DNA of 64,000 bases from a bacterium (GTDB taxonomy: Bacteria > Patescibacteriota > Minisyncoccia > Phycocordibacterales > CAIZIN01). Of this stretch, positions 19,088 through 28,156 are shown in pieces. The stretch lies in the NCBI GenBank assembly GCA_031409775.1, contig JANNXY010000042.1:165-64164 (forward strand), in the 5' to 3' direction. The notes under the pieces were generated by a model. The model did not search any database. It had not been told where the DNA came from and saw only the letters and a program-made list of their open reading frames with translations. Each line of letters opens with the position of its first letter. Position 1 is the first letter of the stretch. The translations under genes were made by a program, and so were the position numbers.

Positions 19088-19185
19088 AGTTTATTGATAG
19101 TAACACACTGGATAAAATTGGAAAGTGAAATCACAATTTGATCGAGGAGAGTTCTAGCGACAACTCTTCATTAACCGACGAACCA

Positions 19186-19215
19186 TTGACATACTGGTAA
19201 TATATATGCTATAAT
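19186..19215 (+). promoter_or_regulatory. near-consensus sigma70 promoter (TTGACA-N18-TATAAT)
   Basis: TTGACA at 19186-19191 and TATAAT at 19210-19215. A ~115 nt leader follows, containing a 14-bp imperfect stem (GTTGGTGAGGGATT...AATCCCCCACCAAC). Confidence 0.5.
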
Positions 19216-19338
19216 AGAGACGCTAATAGTTCTTTGAATAAGTTGGTGAGGGATTTTAGGATAGAACCTATTCTATTATACAATCCCCCACCAACTCCCA
19301 GAAGGAGAAGGTGTACCGGGAAGAAAAACAACGTAGAT

Positions 19339-19659
19339 ATGAAAATCCAACTCCACAACATCCTGCTCGTCCTCATCGCCGGTCTCCTCATCAATATCAC
19401 AGTGAAGACGCCTGAACCGGCAAAGTCTGTCGCTACGTCTGGCTACCAGATAGTCACGGCTGAAGTCGTCTCGCGCGGCACGGTGGGTGCATATGGTCAC
19501 GCCCAACGTGGCTACATGCTCCGCACGCCAACCGGTTTGAAGTTCGTTCCTGATGGCGGGATGAACCTTCCAGAAAACGTCAAAGCGGTCTTTCTGACCA
19601 CCTACCCCAACGGCAACAGCGAGATCACTGGCACGTTCTACTACGAGAGCCAGCTCTAA
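19339..19659 (+). CDS. small secreted/membrane-anchored hypothetical protein
   Basis: Start reassigned to MKIQLHNILLVLIAGLL, an N-terminal hydrophobic signal-like segment preceded by a GGAAG RBS. Local GC is clearly higher than in the flanks. The longer ORF 19234.. is rejected. Confidence 0.45.
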   Translation: MKIQLHNILLVLIAGLLINITVKTPEPAKSVATSGYQIVTAEVVSRGTVGAYGHAQRGYMLRTPTGLKFVPDGGMNLPENVKAVFLTTYPNGNSEITGTFYYESQL

Positions 19660-19701
19660 ATCTTCTGCGGAGTCGGCATCACAACAGGTTCCAATCCTGT
19701 A

Positions 19702-19740
19702 AAACGCACCTCGCTACGGCTTGGTGCGTTTCTTTATTTC
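19702..19740 (+). terminator. rho-independent terminator (AACGCACC...GGTGCGTT + TCTTTATTT)
   Basis: 8-bp stem followed by a T-rich run, directly after the 19339..19659 gene. Confidence 0.6.
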
Positions 19741-19886
19741 CTCACCATCCAGCTCAGCTTCGGTAACTTAATCACAAACTCAAATGGTACCCACTTCTCT
19801 ATCTCACTATGTTGGGTAGAAAACTGACCATACCTTAAGATAATTTCATAGCTAGGTGATAGTAGCATAAAAACTGAAGAATTTGA

Positions 19887-20570
19887 ATGGAAAGTCTTCA
19901 GAACTCTGATATACTATTAATTATGAATAATAAAATCTTAATGGTAGGAATAGCAGCACTTACTGTAGGCGTTATTGGTGGCTATGCCATTGCCAATACA
20001 AATATAGTAGACGCACCAATTAGTAATCAGAGGCAAGCGGATGCCACCCCTATGGGCATGCATCGTATGTCCGGCGACTCAATGATGGTTAACGGGAACA
20101 CAAACACAGGTAGTATGAACAATATGGACCATATGATGTCTATGATGGTACAAAGTGAGCGAGAGTTCATCGATGGAATGATACCGCACCATCAGGAAGC
20201 AGTGGACACAGCCAAGGAAGTAATGGCACGAGGTGGTACAACCCCTGAAATAAAACAATTGGTTCAAAACATTGTGGTAGCTCAAGAAAAGGAAATTGCT
20301 GAGATGAAAATGTGGTATAAAACTTGGTACAAAGAAGCATACAAGGAAGATGACAAATACAAACCTATGATGCGAGAACTTTCTTCTCTTTCGGGGAAAG
20401 AACTAGACCAAACATTTCTCGAGGATATGATAATGCATCATATGGGAGCGATTATGATGGCCCAAAGTGTTCAACCGCATATTGAACATCAGGAGATGGA
20501 GAAACTCACTCAAGCTATTGTCACGAGCCAATCAGCTGAAATCAGACAGATGAGACAAATGCCCAGGTAG
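19887..20570 (+). CDS. DUF305-family protein with Met-rich N-terminal tract (putative periplasmic copper/metal-binding protein)
   Basis: Paired MIPHHQEAV and MIMHHMGAIMMAQ motifs characteristic of DUF305. N-terminal TM/signal. Met-rich stretch MGMHRMSGDSMMVNGNTNTGSMNNMDHMMSMMV reminiscent of MxM/MxxM Cu(I) motifs. Confidence 0.6.
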   Translation: MESLQNSDILLIMNNKILMVGIAALTVGVIGGYAIANTNIVDAPISNQRQADATPMGMHRMSGDSMMVNGNTNTGSMNNMDHMMSMMVQSEREFIDGMIPHHQEAVDTAKEVMARGGTTPEIKQLVQNIVVAQEKEIAEMKMWYKTWYKEAYKEDDKYKPMMRELSSLSGKELDQTFLEDMIMHHMGAIMMAQSVQPHIEHQEMEKLTQAIVTSQSAEIRQMRQMPR

Positions 20571-20605
20571 GTTGGAGATCAATGATATCGACTTCAATAT
20601 CATTC

Positions 20606-21355
20606 TTACAAAATCCCTATACTTGCAAGCAGAGTCTGTAGCTCCTCTCCACCTAGTTTCCTGTATTTGTTCTGACCTAGATCACCGAGCTCGATATTCA
20701 TGATCCTGGTGCGACGTAGTGTCACCACCTGGTTGTGCATCGCTTCTACCATGCGACGGATCTGATGCTTCTTGCCTTCGGTAAGCACTATGCTAAATGT
20801 CTTGTCGTCTATTATGTCCACCTCGCAAGGACGTGTGAGATCGTCCTCTATGGTCACACCCCGCTCCATCTGCTCCTCGAAGCTACCACGGAGCTTGTTG
20901 GCCACTGTTACTATGTATTCCTTGTCATGTTCGCGATCAGGGTTCAGGAGCTTGTCGGTGAGTCTGCCGTCATTGGTAAGTATTATGAGCCCGTCAGACA
21001 TCTTGTCGAGTCTACCTACTGGGAATACTCCTGTAAGTCCCGATGCCTCGAGTATGTCCTTCTCGCCGAGCTGTGGTGAATGGGTGATCACTCCTACAGG
21101 CTTGTTATAAGCATAATAGACATGTGGCGTAGGCTTGCCAGAGTATTTGACCTCTACCAGGTCGCTATGGCTTACCTTGTCACCGAGCACAGCGACTTTA
21201 CCATTGAGGTACACCTTGCCGGCCTTGACCAATTCATCACCACCTCTACGGGTAGTGATGTTCTTCATCGCGAGGTATTTGTTGATACGCATCGGGTACT
21301 CTGCATCAGGCGCTATAGGGGTTTCTTTCATAAAGGGAGTATATGCTAAAGTCAC
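20606..21355 (-). CDS. pseudouridine synthase, RsuA/RluB family (S4 domain plus catalytic domain)
   Basis: S4-like N-terminus (MRINKYLAMKNITTRRGGDELVKAGKVYLNG) and catalytic motif PVGRLDKMSDGLIILTNDG. Confidence 0.85.
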   Translation of the reverse strand: MTLAYTPFMKETPIAPDAEYPMRINKYLAMKNITTRRGGDELVKAGKVYLNGKVAVLGDKVSHSDLVEVKYSGKPTPHVYYAYNKPVGVITHSPQLGEKDILEASGLTGVFPVGRLDKMSDGLIILTNDGRLTDKLLNPDREHDKEYIVTVANKLRGSFEEQMERGVTIEDDLTRPCEVDIIDDKTFSIVLTEGKKHQIRRMVEAMHNQVVTLRRTRIMNIELGDLGQNKYRKLGGEELQTLLASIGIL

Positions 21356-21436
21356 GCATTGAGCAATTTACTCATCTTTACACAATCCATTAAACATGTA
21401 ACATACTCATTAGAATAGCTATTTAACTCAAAACAT

Positions 21437-21826
21437 ATGATAACACTAGCACCCGAAGATACACTCGCTGGATGGATGGTAATGATGAGGATATATGTCA
21501 AACAATTCAAAAACTTACCGAGGGAAGAAAATCGTGAGGAAAGCGTAAAAGAATTTCGTCGAGAAGTAGAATTAGGCATGAAGGAAATTGAAGGAAAAAT
21601 GACTTCCCTCGCCATAGAAAGCGACAGTAGAAAAAGACATTTTCATCTGACCAATTGGGCAAGTCGCATGCAGGTTTTCCTTCTTAACCTAGGAATTCTA
21701 GATAGAAACCTTGCCCTCACAAAAGGACAAAGGTGGAACTGGAATGAGGTTATTTGCGCAATGGCTTTCCTGCAAGCTATATACAAAGGCGCTTGCGTCA
21801 CGCTCTGGCAAAATTGCGCAGAATGA
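21437..21826 (+). CDS. hypothetical protein (129 aa)
   Basis: ORFan. Its stop TGA overlaps the ATG of the next ORF (ATGA at 21823-21826). Confidence 0.35.
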   Translation: MITLAPEDTLAGWMVMMRIYVKQFKNLPREENREESVKEFRREVELGMKEIEGKMTSLAIESDSRKRHFHLTNWASRMQVFLLNLGILDRNLALTKGQRWNWNEVICAMAFLQAIYKGACVTLWQNCAE

Positions 21827-22104
21827 AAAAAGTAATGTTTGAAATCGAGCCTCCGAAAGCTGAACGAGTTGAACTAGCTGCTGTAGGACATGTAACGAAA
21901 AAGGGTCCTTTTCGAATTCAGATTTTAAAGGGAAATTATTGGATTACTATGGAACCATGCGAACTGATTCCCAACCCACCTATTGCCGCCAAAGCAAATA
22001 GTATTAATCACAGATACGATTATTTTGCTAATTACAGAATCCATGCCAAAGATGGCCCATGCCATCTAGAAGTTATCCCCCTCGCTCCAGTCAAAAGACA
22101 TTGA
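21823..22104 (+). CDS. hypothetical protein (93 aa), translationally coupled to the upstream ORF
   Basis: Start at MKKVMFEIEPP, overlapping the upstream stop (ATGA). No homology recognised. Confidence 0.35.
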   Translation: MKKVMFEIEPPKAERVELAAVGHVTKKGPFRIQILKGNYWITMEPCELIPNPPIAAKANSINHRYDYFANYRIHAKDGPCHLEVIPLAPVKRH

Positions 22105-22267
22105 GAGCGAGTTTTTATTTCTTGAATATTTATCTTTATGATAAAGTAATTGCAGATGAAACTCTTGCTAACTATACTTATCCTATCTTTGTTTACTATT
22201 GTCCCCGCCGTATTCCGAGAAATCCTAATCGTGTCAAAGAGAAAACGGAGCCAAAAGACAATTGACA

Positions 22268-22303
22268 CTCTGCGCATGGTCAAATAGCGCAGAGATTTTT
22301 ATT
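22268..22303. terminator. bidirectional intrinsic terminator between convergent genes (CTCTGCGC...GCGCAGAG + ATTTTTATTT)
   Basis: 8-bp GC-rich stem with an 11-nt loop, a T-run on the plus strand and an A/T-rich sequence on the minus side. It sits between the 21823..22104 (+) gene and nrnA (-). Confidence 0.5.
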
Positions 22304-23301
22304 TATAATTTATCTATAAAGAATTTAACAGCTTCGAGTGGATCTGCGATATCTGTAATAGTACCTCCGGCAGCCAAGTCATGTCCCCCGCCGATATTTA
22401 GCTTCTCTACAATTTCTCGAACGTTTTCACCAGTTGGAAGCGAGCGGAGGGAAAGCCTACAGCCAACAGACTTAGGCATCACTGTAAATCCCCACGGATG
22501 ATCCTGGATTTTACGAATATATTGCGATATAAATATGCTCTTTCCGCTCGTCAGATCGTTTTCAGTTACATTATTGTTATCTATAAATTCTCGACTAACG
22601 TAACTATATGAAAAGTTTTTTAGTCCTTTTACACTTCCATGTCTAAGGTTTCCTATTAACTCTCTGATTACTTCAAAAACTTCTGGGGTAATATACCTAT
22701 ACCTTGATTGAAATTCTTGGATCTCGATCTGGCCAGTTTCTATTAGAATTTTTGCTATTTCCAATGTTCTAGTCTGGTTTGGTTTCAGGTATGAGAAGTT
22801 GCCTGTATCTCCGAGGACCCCAAGTAAAAAAGTTTCTGCTAAACTCTTGTCAATTTCGACATTTGAACACAACTCAAATATAATCTCTGCACAACATGGC
22901 CTAGAAGTATCAGAAATTAAGAGCGTGAATTGGTCTGGCGGGGATTTGTGATGGTCCACACATATTGTGTTTACTAGATTTGCGAACTTCTCTGGTCTAT
23001 TTGAAGCCCTAATCCATGATTGTGCATCCAGAATAATTTGCAAATCACTGTCTCCAATTCCGTCTGAACAATCTTCTAGGAACTCAATTTGGTCAAAATA
23101 TCTAAAGCTCGTAAACCTACTATCACGCTCACCACTGTAAACTATCCGTACTTTCTTGTTCGGGTGAATTTGTTTGATAACTGAATATAAACTTAATGTC
23201 GAACTAATTGAGTCATCATCTGGTGACATATGCGAAGTGATAAAGATGCTCTGTGCGGCATCTATCATCTGCCAGAATTTTGTCTTTAATTGGTCTTCCA
23301 T
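22303..23301 (-). CDS. nrnA: DHH/DHHA1 phosphoesterase, NrnA-like oligoribonuclease/pAp phosphatase
   Basis: DHH motif (ICVDHHKS), N-terminal SHMSPDDDSISS, and DHHA1 GGGH motif (NIGGGHDLAAGG). Confidence 0.8.
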   Translation of the reverse strand: MEDQLKTKFWQMIDAAQSIFITSHMSPDDDSISSTLSLYSVIKQIHPNKKVRIVYSGERDSRFTSFRYFDQIEFLEDCSDGIGDSDLQIILDAQSWIRASNRPEKFANLVNTICVDHHKSPPDQFTLLISDTSRPCCAEIIFELCSNVEIDKSLAETFLLGVLGDTGNFSYLKPNQTRTLEIAKILIETGQIEIQEFQSRYRYITPEVFEVIRELIGNLRHGSVKGLKNFSYSYVSREFIDNNNVTENDLTSGKSIFISQYIRKIQDHPWGFTVMPKSVGCRLSLRSLPTGENVREIVEKLNIGGGHDLAAGGTITDIADPLEAVKFFIDKL

Positions 23302-24509
23302 ATTTCTTCTTGTCTCACGAGCAGACTATCTGACTGCTCTGGATGCTTCATAATAGACTTTACTATATTCTCCATTCTAGCACCTTGGGAACCTTTGACC
23401 AGTATCATGTCATGAGCGTGGATATGCTTCTGCAGATAATTCTGCGCATCAGTCATGTTTCTAAATGAGTGGATCTTGCCATGATGCATCTTGGCTTCCC
23501 TGGCGCCTTTGGCGAAGTCTTCGGCTCTCATACCCACTGTTACCAGCACATCGACGCAGTCCTTTGCAAGCACTCCCAGCCTTACGTGTTCACGTATGGT
23601 ATGTTTGCCTAGCTCGAGCATGTCACCAAGTACAGCGACTTTCCTGTGATTTGACTTGATGCCTTTCATCGTTAGGAGTGCTTCTTCGAGCGCGATAGGT
23701 GAAGAATTGTATGTATCATCTATTATCTGTGAGCCGTGTATTCCGTCGATGAGCTTCATTCTGCCTGGCGGAGATTTGTGGTGACGCAATGCTTCAGAGA
23801 CTTCCAATCTGTTTAAATTCCTCGCCTCTGCAACTGCGAGTGCAGCAAGTAGTGGATACTGATGATGCTGCCCCACAACTCCCACTAGCTCGAACGGATT
23901 GTCAGAAGACTTGATATCTGCATCCAAACTGAACCCGTATGTGATTATTTTCTTACCCTCTATTCTCTTTGTTAGATTCATAATCTCTGGGTCATCGGCG
24001 TTCAGTATGGCTACACCATTTTTCTTTAGGCCCTTTACTATCTTTTTGTCTTCTTCGTTGAGCTCATGTGGGGAGTCGAAAAACTCTACATGCACCGGTA
24101 CCTCTGGACATCGAGTAAGTATAGCTATGTCGAGCTTGAGCCATTTCATAATGTCACCTACATCACCTGGTCTGTCTGATCCGATCTCGAGTAGCAACAC
24201 TTCTGGATAGTCTGACTTGAAAACGCATTTGGTTAGTCCACTCCACATGATCCTGATCCACTCTATAGGGTTGTTGTAGCCAGATGGGAGATCGAGTACT
24301 GTAAGTGGTACCCCGAATTCGCTGTTGAAACTCTTTTGTGACTTTCTCACTTTGCCAAATGGAGATAGCGCAGTATATACAGCGTCTTTGGTCGAAGTCT
24401 TCCCGACACTACCTGCTATACCTATCGTAAATGGTTTGTATTTGCGCAATACTATTCTGGCTTCAATTCGCAATATAGCTATCACTAACTTTTTAAATAT
24501 ATTTTTCAT
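23286..24509 (-). CDS. murF: Mur ligase family protein, most likely UDP-MurNAc-tripeptide--D-Ala-D-Ala ligase MurF
   Basis: P-loop GIAGSVGKTSTKD. Located immediately downstream of ftsI within the dcw cluster. Shorter (407 aa) than E. coli MurF. Confidence 0.7.
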   Translation of the reverse strand: MKNIFKKLVIAILRIEARIVLRKYKPFTIGIAGSVGKTSTKDAVYTALSPFGKVRKSQKSFNSEFGVPLTVLDLPSGYNNPIEWIRIMWSGLTKCVFKSDYPEVLLLEIGSDRPGDVGDIMKWLKLDIAILTRCPEVPVHVEFFDSPHELNEEDKKIVKGLKKNGVAILNADDPEIMNLTKRIEGKKIITYGFSLDADIKSSDNPFELVGVVGQHHQYPLLAALAVAEARNLNRLEVSEALRHHKSPPGRMKLIDGIHGSQIIDDTYNSSPIALEEALLTMKGIKSNHRKVAVLGDMLELGKHTIREHVRLGVLAKDCVDVLVTVGMRAEDFAKGAREAKMHHGKIHSFRNMTDAQNYLQKHIHAHDMILVKGSQGARMENIVKSIMKHPEQSDSLLVRQEEIWKTN

Positions 24510-24520
24510 ATTATCAATAA

Positions 24521-26230
24521 TTATCTATCTGGTGGGATATTGTAATAGCTTATCAGAAAATCAGTCATGTTGTTAAATGGCGAAGTGAGTGTATGTGATG
24601 CATAATCTACACCCTTGGGATAAACTGTATATAGAAACACGATGAATCGAGGTTTATACGCAGGGAAATAGCCAAAGAACGAATGCAAATAACGATCATC
24701 ATAATACCCACCCTGTGGGCTAGGGATCTGGGCTGTACCGGTCTTGGCGGCTATTGCATAATGATCATGCTTGATCTCGCCACCGAGCAGCGCCTCGTCT
24801 ACTACATTTACCAACATGCGTGTTATTTCTTCTGATGTCTCTGGCTTGATGATCTGGACTTTGTCACCCAACTCGGTCTGCTTGGTGACACCTATTTTGT
24901 AATTTATAGATTTAGCCAGATGTGGATGTACTCTGTAACCACCGTTCGCTAGAGCCGACAATGCAGATAGTGTAGATATCGGCGTGAGAGCGATACCTTG
25001 TCCGAATGATGCCGTCACAGGCTCGATCATCCTACCAGTGTCTAGATTGTCAGTTAGCGGGCTACCTTCGTATGGCAAGTCTATACCAGTCTTCTCTGTG
25101 ATGCCGAAGCTCTTCATATAGTCTGTAAACCTATCCCTACCGATTCTCTCTACTATATGCGCCATACCAACATTAAGTGACTTGGACAATGCAGTCTGCA
25201 TATCTATCGTACCGTATGCCTTCCGATCGAAATTGTAAATGGTTGCTTTATCAAATGTCGCAAAGCCTTTGTCGTTGTAAGTACTACCTGGAGTAATCAC
25301 ACCTGCATCTAGTCCAGCAGCAACTGTGAGTGGTTTGATTATGGATCCCATCTCGTAAACACTTTCGACCATGTTGTTGGAGAATGTCTCGAGGTCTTCT
25401 ACCTCTCTAGTGTTGTTGGGATCAAATGACGGTGTGAGCGCCATCGCATAGATCTCACCTGTATTGGGGTCCATCACTATCCCACCAGTCTGGCTAGATG
25501 ACCAACGAGTATTGGTACTCTCTATGACATCTTCTAGGTAACCCTGGACAGTCGGTTCTACCGACAACACGATATCACCTTCGAGGCTCTTTTTATTCAA
25601 AACATTATCTTTTATACCGTGCAGTAGTTCGGTAAAGAAATTCGCATAAGTATTCTCTGTTGTTCTAGATAGAACTTCGTCATAATACGACTCTAAACCA
25701 TAGTAGGCACCGAGTTTGTCACCTTTGTAAGACAGGAACCCCACCATGTGTGATCCAGTATTCCCACCTGGGTAGTATCTCCATCTTTCTTTGTAAATAT
25801 CTACACCTGGTATATCTAGCTTCTCTATGGACTTGGCTACATCTGACTCTACTCTATCTGCTACTTCTTCGAAAGGATCTTTGGCTTTAGAAGACTTGGC
25901 CATGAAATCTGTATAGTCTATACCTGAAATATACTTCGACAAACCGCTGTAAACAGCCTCTCTGTCAGTAATCTTGGTCGGGTTGATAGATACCATGTAT
26001 CCGTTCTTGAGCCCGGCAGCTGCGATGAGCGATCCGTCCTTGGCGGTAAAGAATATAGAACCTCTATCAAACAGACTTGTATAGGGTCGCGCATACTGTC
26101 GATCTGCTCTAGCACTATATGTCTCACCGTTTACAACCTGGACTAGATACAATTTAATCACAATTATAATTGCAAAAAGAAATATAGGAACTGTGATCAA
26201 TCTAATACGGAAAGTCAATTTATCAGACAT
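24521..26230 (-). CDS. ftsI: penicillin-binding protein FtsI (class B PBP, divisome transpeptidase)
   Basis: N-terminal TM; SIIKP (SxxK), SKSLN region and KTGTA motifs; position after ftsL in the dcw cluster. Confidence 0.8.
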   Translation of the reverse strand: MSDKLTFRIRLITVPIFLFAIIIVIKLYLVQVVNGETYSARADRQYARPYTSLFDRGSIFFTAKDGSLIAAAGLKNGYMVSINPTKITDREAVYSGLSKYISGIDYTDFMAKSSKAKDPFEEVADRVESDVAKSIEKLDIPGVDIYKERWRYYPGGNTGSHMVGFLSYKGDKLGAYYGLESYYDEVLSRTTENTYANFFTELLHGIKDNVLNKKSLEGDIVLSVEPTVQGYLEDVIESTNTRWSSSQTGGIVMDPNTGEIYAMALTPSFDPNNTREVEDLETFSNNMVESVYEMGSIIKPLTVAAGLDAGVITPGSTYNDKGFATFDKATIYNFDRKAYGTIDMQTALSKSLNVGMAHIVERIGRDRFTDYMKSFGITEKTGIDLPYEGSPLTDNLDTGRMIEPVTASFGQGIALTPISTLSALSALANGGYRVHPHLAKSINYKIGVTKQTELGDKVQIIKPETSEEITRMLVNVVDEALLGGEIKHDHYAIAAKTGTAQIPSPQGGYYDDRYLHSFFGYFPAYKPRFIVFLYTVYPKGVDYASHTLTSPFNNMTDFLISYYNIPPDR

Positions 26231-26248
26231 AATACAACTATATCATCA

Positions 26249-26563
26249 CTATCTCATTCTGTTTATAGACATCGCAGTTTCTCTGTCCAAGCCTATAAAC
26301 TGAGGCTTCTTTACTTCAACAAACCCCATCTCCCCTGCCTTCTCGAGAGTTACAGACTGTTTGAGCGCGATGTACTGAAACTCAGACTCAGCGAGTGAGC
26401 TCGTAATAGTAGATATGCTACGAGCGAACTGTGAATTATCCGAAGCATTCTTCATCATGTAGCCCAAATTTGCAATATAAAAAATAAGTGCACATGCACA
26501 CAATGTCATAATCGACTTTATTACGTATTCTCGGATTTGGTTTATATTTCTAAATGATTTCAT
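26249..26563 (-). CDS. ftsL: FtsL-like cell-division protein (small bitopic membrane protein)
   Basis: 104 aa with one TM helix and a short periplasmic tail. Lies between rsmH and ftsI, overlapping rsmH by 4 nt. Confidence 0.5.
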   Translation of the reverse strand: MKSFRNINQIREYVIKSIMTLCACALIFYIANLGYMMKNASDNSQFARSISTITSSLAESEFQYIALKQSVTLEKAGEMGFVEVKKPQFIGLDRETAMSINRMR

Positions 26564-27468
26564 AATATTTTCTTTATAACCCGGAGTTTAGAACTACGTG
26601 ATCTAGGGTTATCACTAACCTCTGTATCACTTGGAACTATTGGCTTCTTGGTCAGTATTTCTCCACTACATGCGGACTCTAGCGATCTGAAGTACTGCTT
26701 GACTATCCTGTCCTCCAAGCTATGGAAACTGATCACCGCGATACGACCACCCACTGCGAGCTTGCCCCACGTCTTCTCCAGACCTTCTTTAAGCGCATTC
26801 ATCTCGTCATTTACAGCTATGCGTAATGCCTGGAAAGTCTTGGTAGCAGGATGAGTTCTGCCATGTCTCGCGTAGAACGGTACCGCACTATATATACATT
26901 TCTCTAGCTCTGCGGAAGTCTCGATAGGCTTAGACTCTCTCTGCTCTACTATCGCTCTGGCTATACGTCTCGCGAATTTGTCCTCACCGAATCCATAGAT
27001 GATGTCCGCTAGCGTTTCTTCTGCCCATGTGTTGACTACATCATATGCACTCAGTGCATTTGGGTCTGTAGAGAGCGTCATGCGTAGAGGCTCATCCTTC
27101 TGGAAGCTGAACCCTCGTCCAGACTCATATGTAAATGAGCTAACCCCGAGGTCGAACAGTGCTTTGTCGATATGGTCGATAGAGTGCTTCTCTAGTGCTC
27201 GGTCTACATAGCGGAAATTGATTTCTTCGAAGATGAATCTGCAATTGTCTGTGCAGTTCATTAGTCTCTTCTCCGAGCGTGAAATCGCGTCTGAATCAGC
27301 ATCGAGTCCAATCACAGTGAGCCCCGATGTAGATCTACAGATCGCTTCGCTATGTCCACCAGCACCGAGTGTCGCATCGAGGACGATGTCGCCTGGTACA
27401 ATGGACAAGCCTTGTATGGATTCGTTTAAAAGAACTGGTATGTGGACTAGGCGGGCTAGATCAGACAT
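26560..27468 (-). CDS. rsmH: 16S rRNA (cytosine1402-N4)-methyltransferase RsmH (MraW)
   Basis: SAM-binding DATLGAGGHS motif and MraW family architecture, 302 aa. Confidence 0.9.
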   Translation of the reverse strand: MSDLARLVHIPVLLNESIQGLSIVPGDIVLDATLGAGGHSEAICRSTSGLTVIGLDADSDAISRSEKRLMNCTDNCRFIFEEINFRYVDRALEKHSIDHIDKALFDLGVSSFTYESGRGFSFQKDEPLRMTLSTDPNALSAYDVVNTWAEETLADIIYGFGEDKFARRIARAIVEQRESKPIETSAELEKCIYSAVPFYARHGRTHPATKTFQALRIAVNDEMNALKEGLEKTWGKLAVGGRIAVISFHSLEDRIVKQYFRSLESACSGEILTKKPIVPSDTEVSDNPRSRSSKLRVIKKIL

Positions 27469-27469
27469 A

Positions 27470-27904
27470 TTAGATTGCTCCTATTTCCCCAAGTTTGGAA
27501 GCCATCTGGTCTGCTTCCTTGCTTACCTTTGACTTGTATGACTTCCAAGTCGACTCATCCCACAGCTCGAGCCTGTTGAACACACCCGCAAACACCACCT
27601 TGTCAGCAATGCTTGCAAATGACTTCAAATGCTCTGGAATAAGTATCCTCCCGCTCGCATCGACATCTACCTCTACGGCTCCAGCGAGCATAAATCGGTT
27701 GAACCCGCGAGATGTTGCATCAAGCATACCGAGACCACCTAGCTTCTCGGCTATCTTCTGCCACTCCTTGGTCGAGTAGACAAACAAGCACTGGTCTAGG
27801 CCGTGGGTTATAACGATAGATTTGCCAATCACTTTGCGAAATTTCACAGGAAGCGAAGTTCTTTTCTTTTCATCAACGGTTTGTGTGTATTCGCCTATTA
27901 GCAT
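27470..27904 (-). CDS. mraZ: transcriptional regulator MraZ
   Basis: 144 aa; duplicated MraZ/SpoVT-AbrB halves; first gene of the dcw cluster. Confidence 0.9.
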   Translation of the reverse strand: MLIGEYTQTVDEKKRTSLPVKFRKVIGKSIVITHGLDQCLFVYSTKEWQKIAEKLGGLGMLDATSRGFNRFMLAGAVEVDVDASGRILIPEHLKSFASIADKVVFAGVFNRLELWDESTWKSYKSKVSKEADQMASKLGEIGAI

Positions 27905-27919
27905 AAAGTTACTTTACCA

Positions 27920-27975
27920 CTATTTCCCACTTGATACCATTCTATCCCACAATCCCCCTTTCCGCTCCCCACTTA
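27920..27975 (-). promoter_or_regulatory. three direct GTGGG repeats (minus-strand sense) upstream of mraZ, a candidate MraZ operator
   Basis: CCCAC at 27925-27929, 27945-27949 and 27967-27971 on the plus strand, spaced ~20-22 bp apart. E. coli MraZ boxes are TGGGN direct repeats at 10-bp periodicity, so the match is partial. Confidence 0.3.
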
Positions 27976-28156
27976 TCCACTTTTTCCCTCAATTCTAGAG
28001 TTACACAACATCCTCCGCTCTTTTGCAAAGCCAAAAGCCCACCTCCCTCAAGGCCTGCCTCGCCGGCAAGGCGGGGAGGAATTTATGCTTGACAAATTTC
28101 CTTTCCTTATGTTAAATTATGACCTGAACAGCTCTTTGAGCACAACCTACTAAAAT

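Noticed and set aside
19234-19338. N-terminal extension of the small secreted protein ORF (start at 19234)
   Set aside because: The extension would begin inside the -10 box of a near-consensus promoter. The downstream ATG at 19339 is preceded by an RBS-like GGAAG and begins a signal-peptide-like sequence.
27920-27975. Confident assignment of the GTGGG direct repeats as MraZ boxes
   Set aside because: Kept only as a low-confidence regulatory feature. The repeat unit matches the E. coli TGGGN box, but the ~20-22 bp spacing differs from the 10-bp periodicity described for E. coli. It therefore cannot be asserted from sequence alone.
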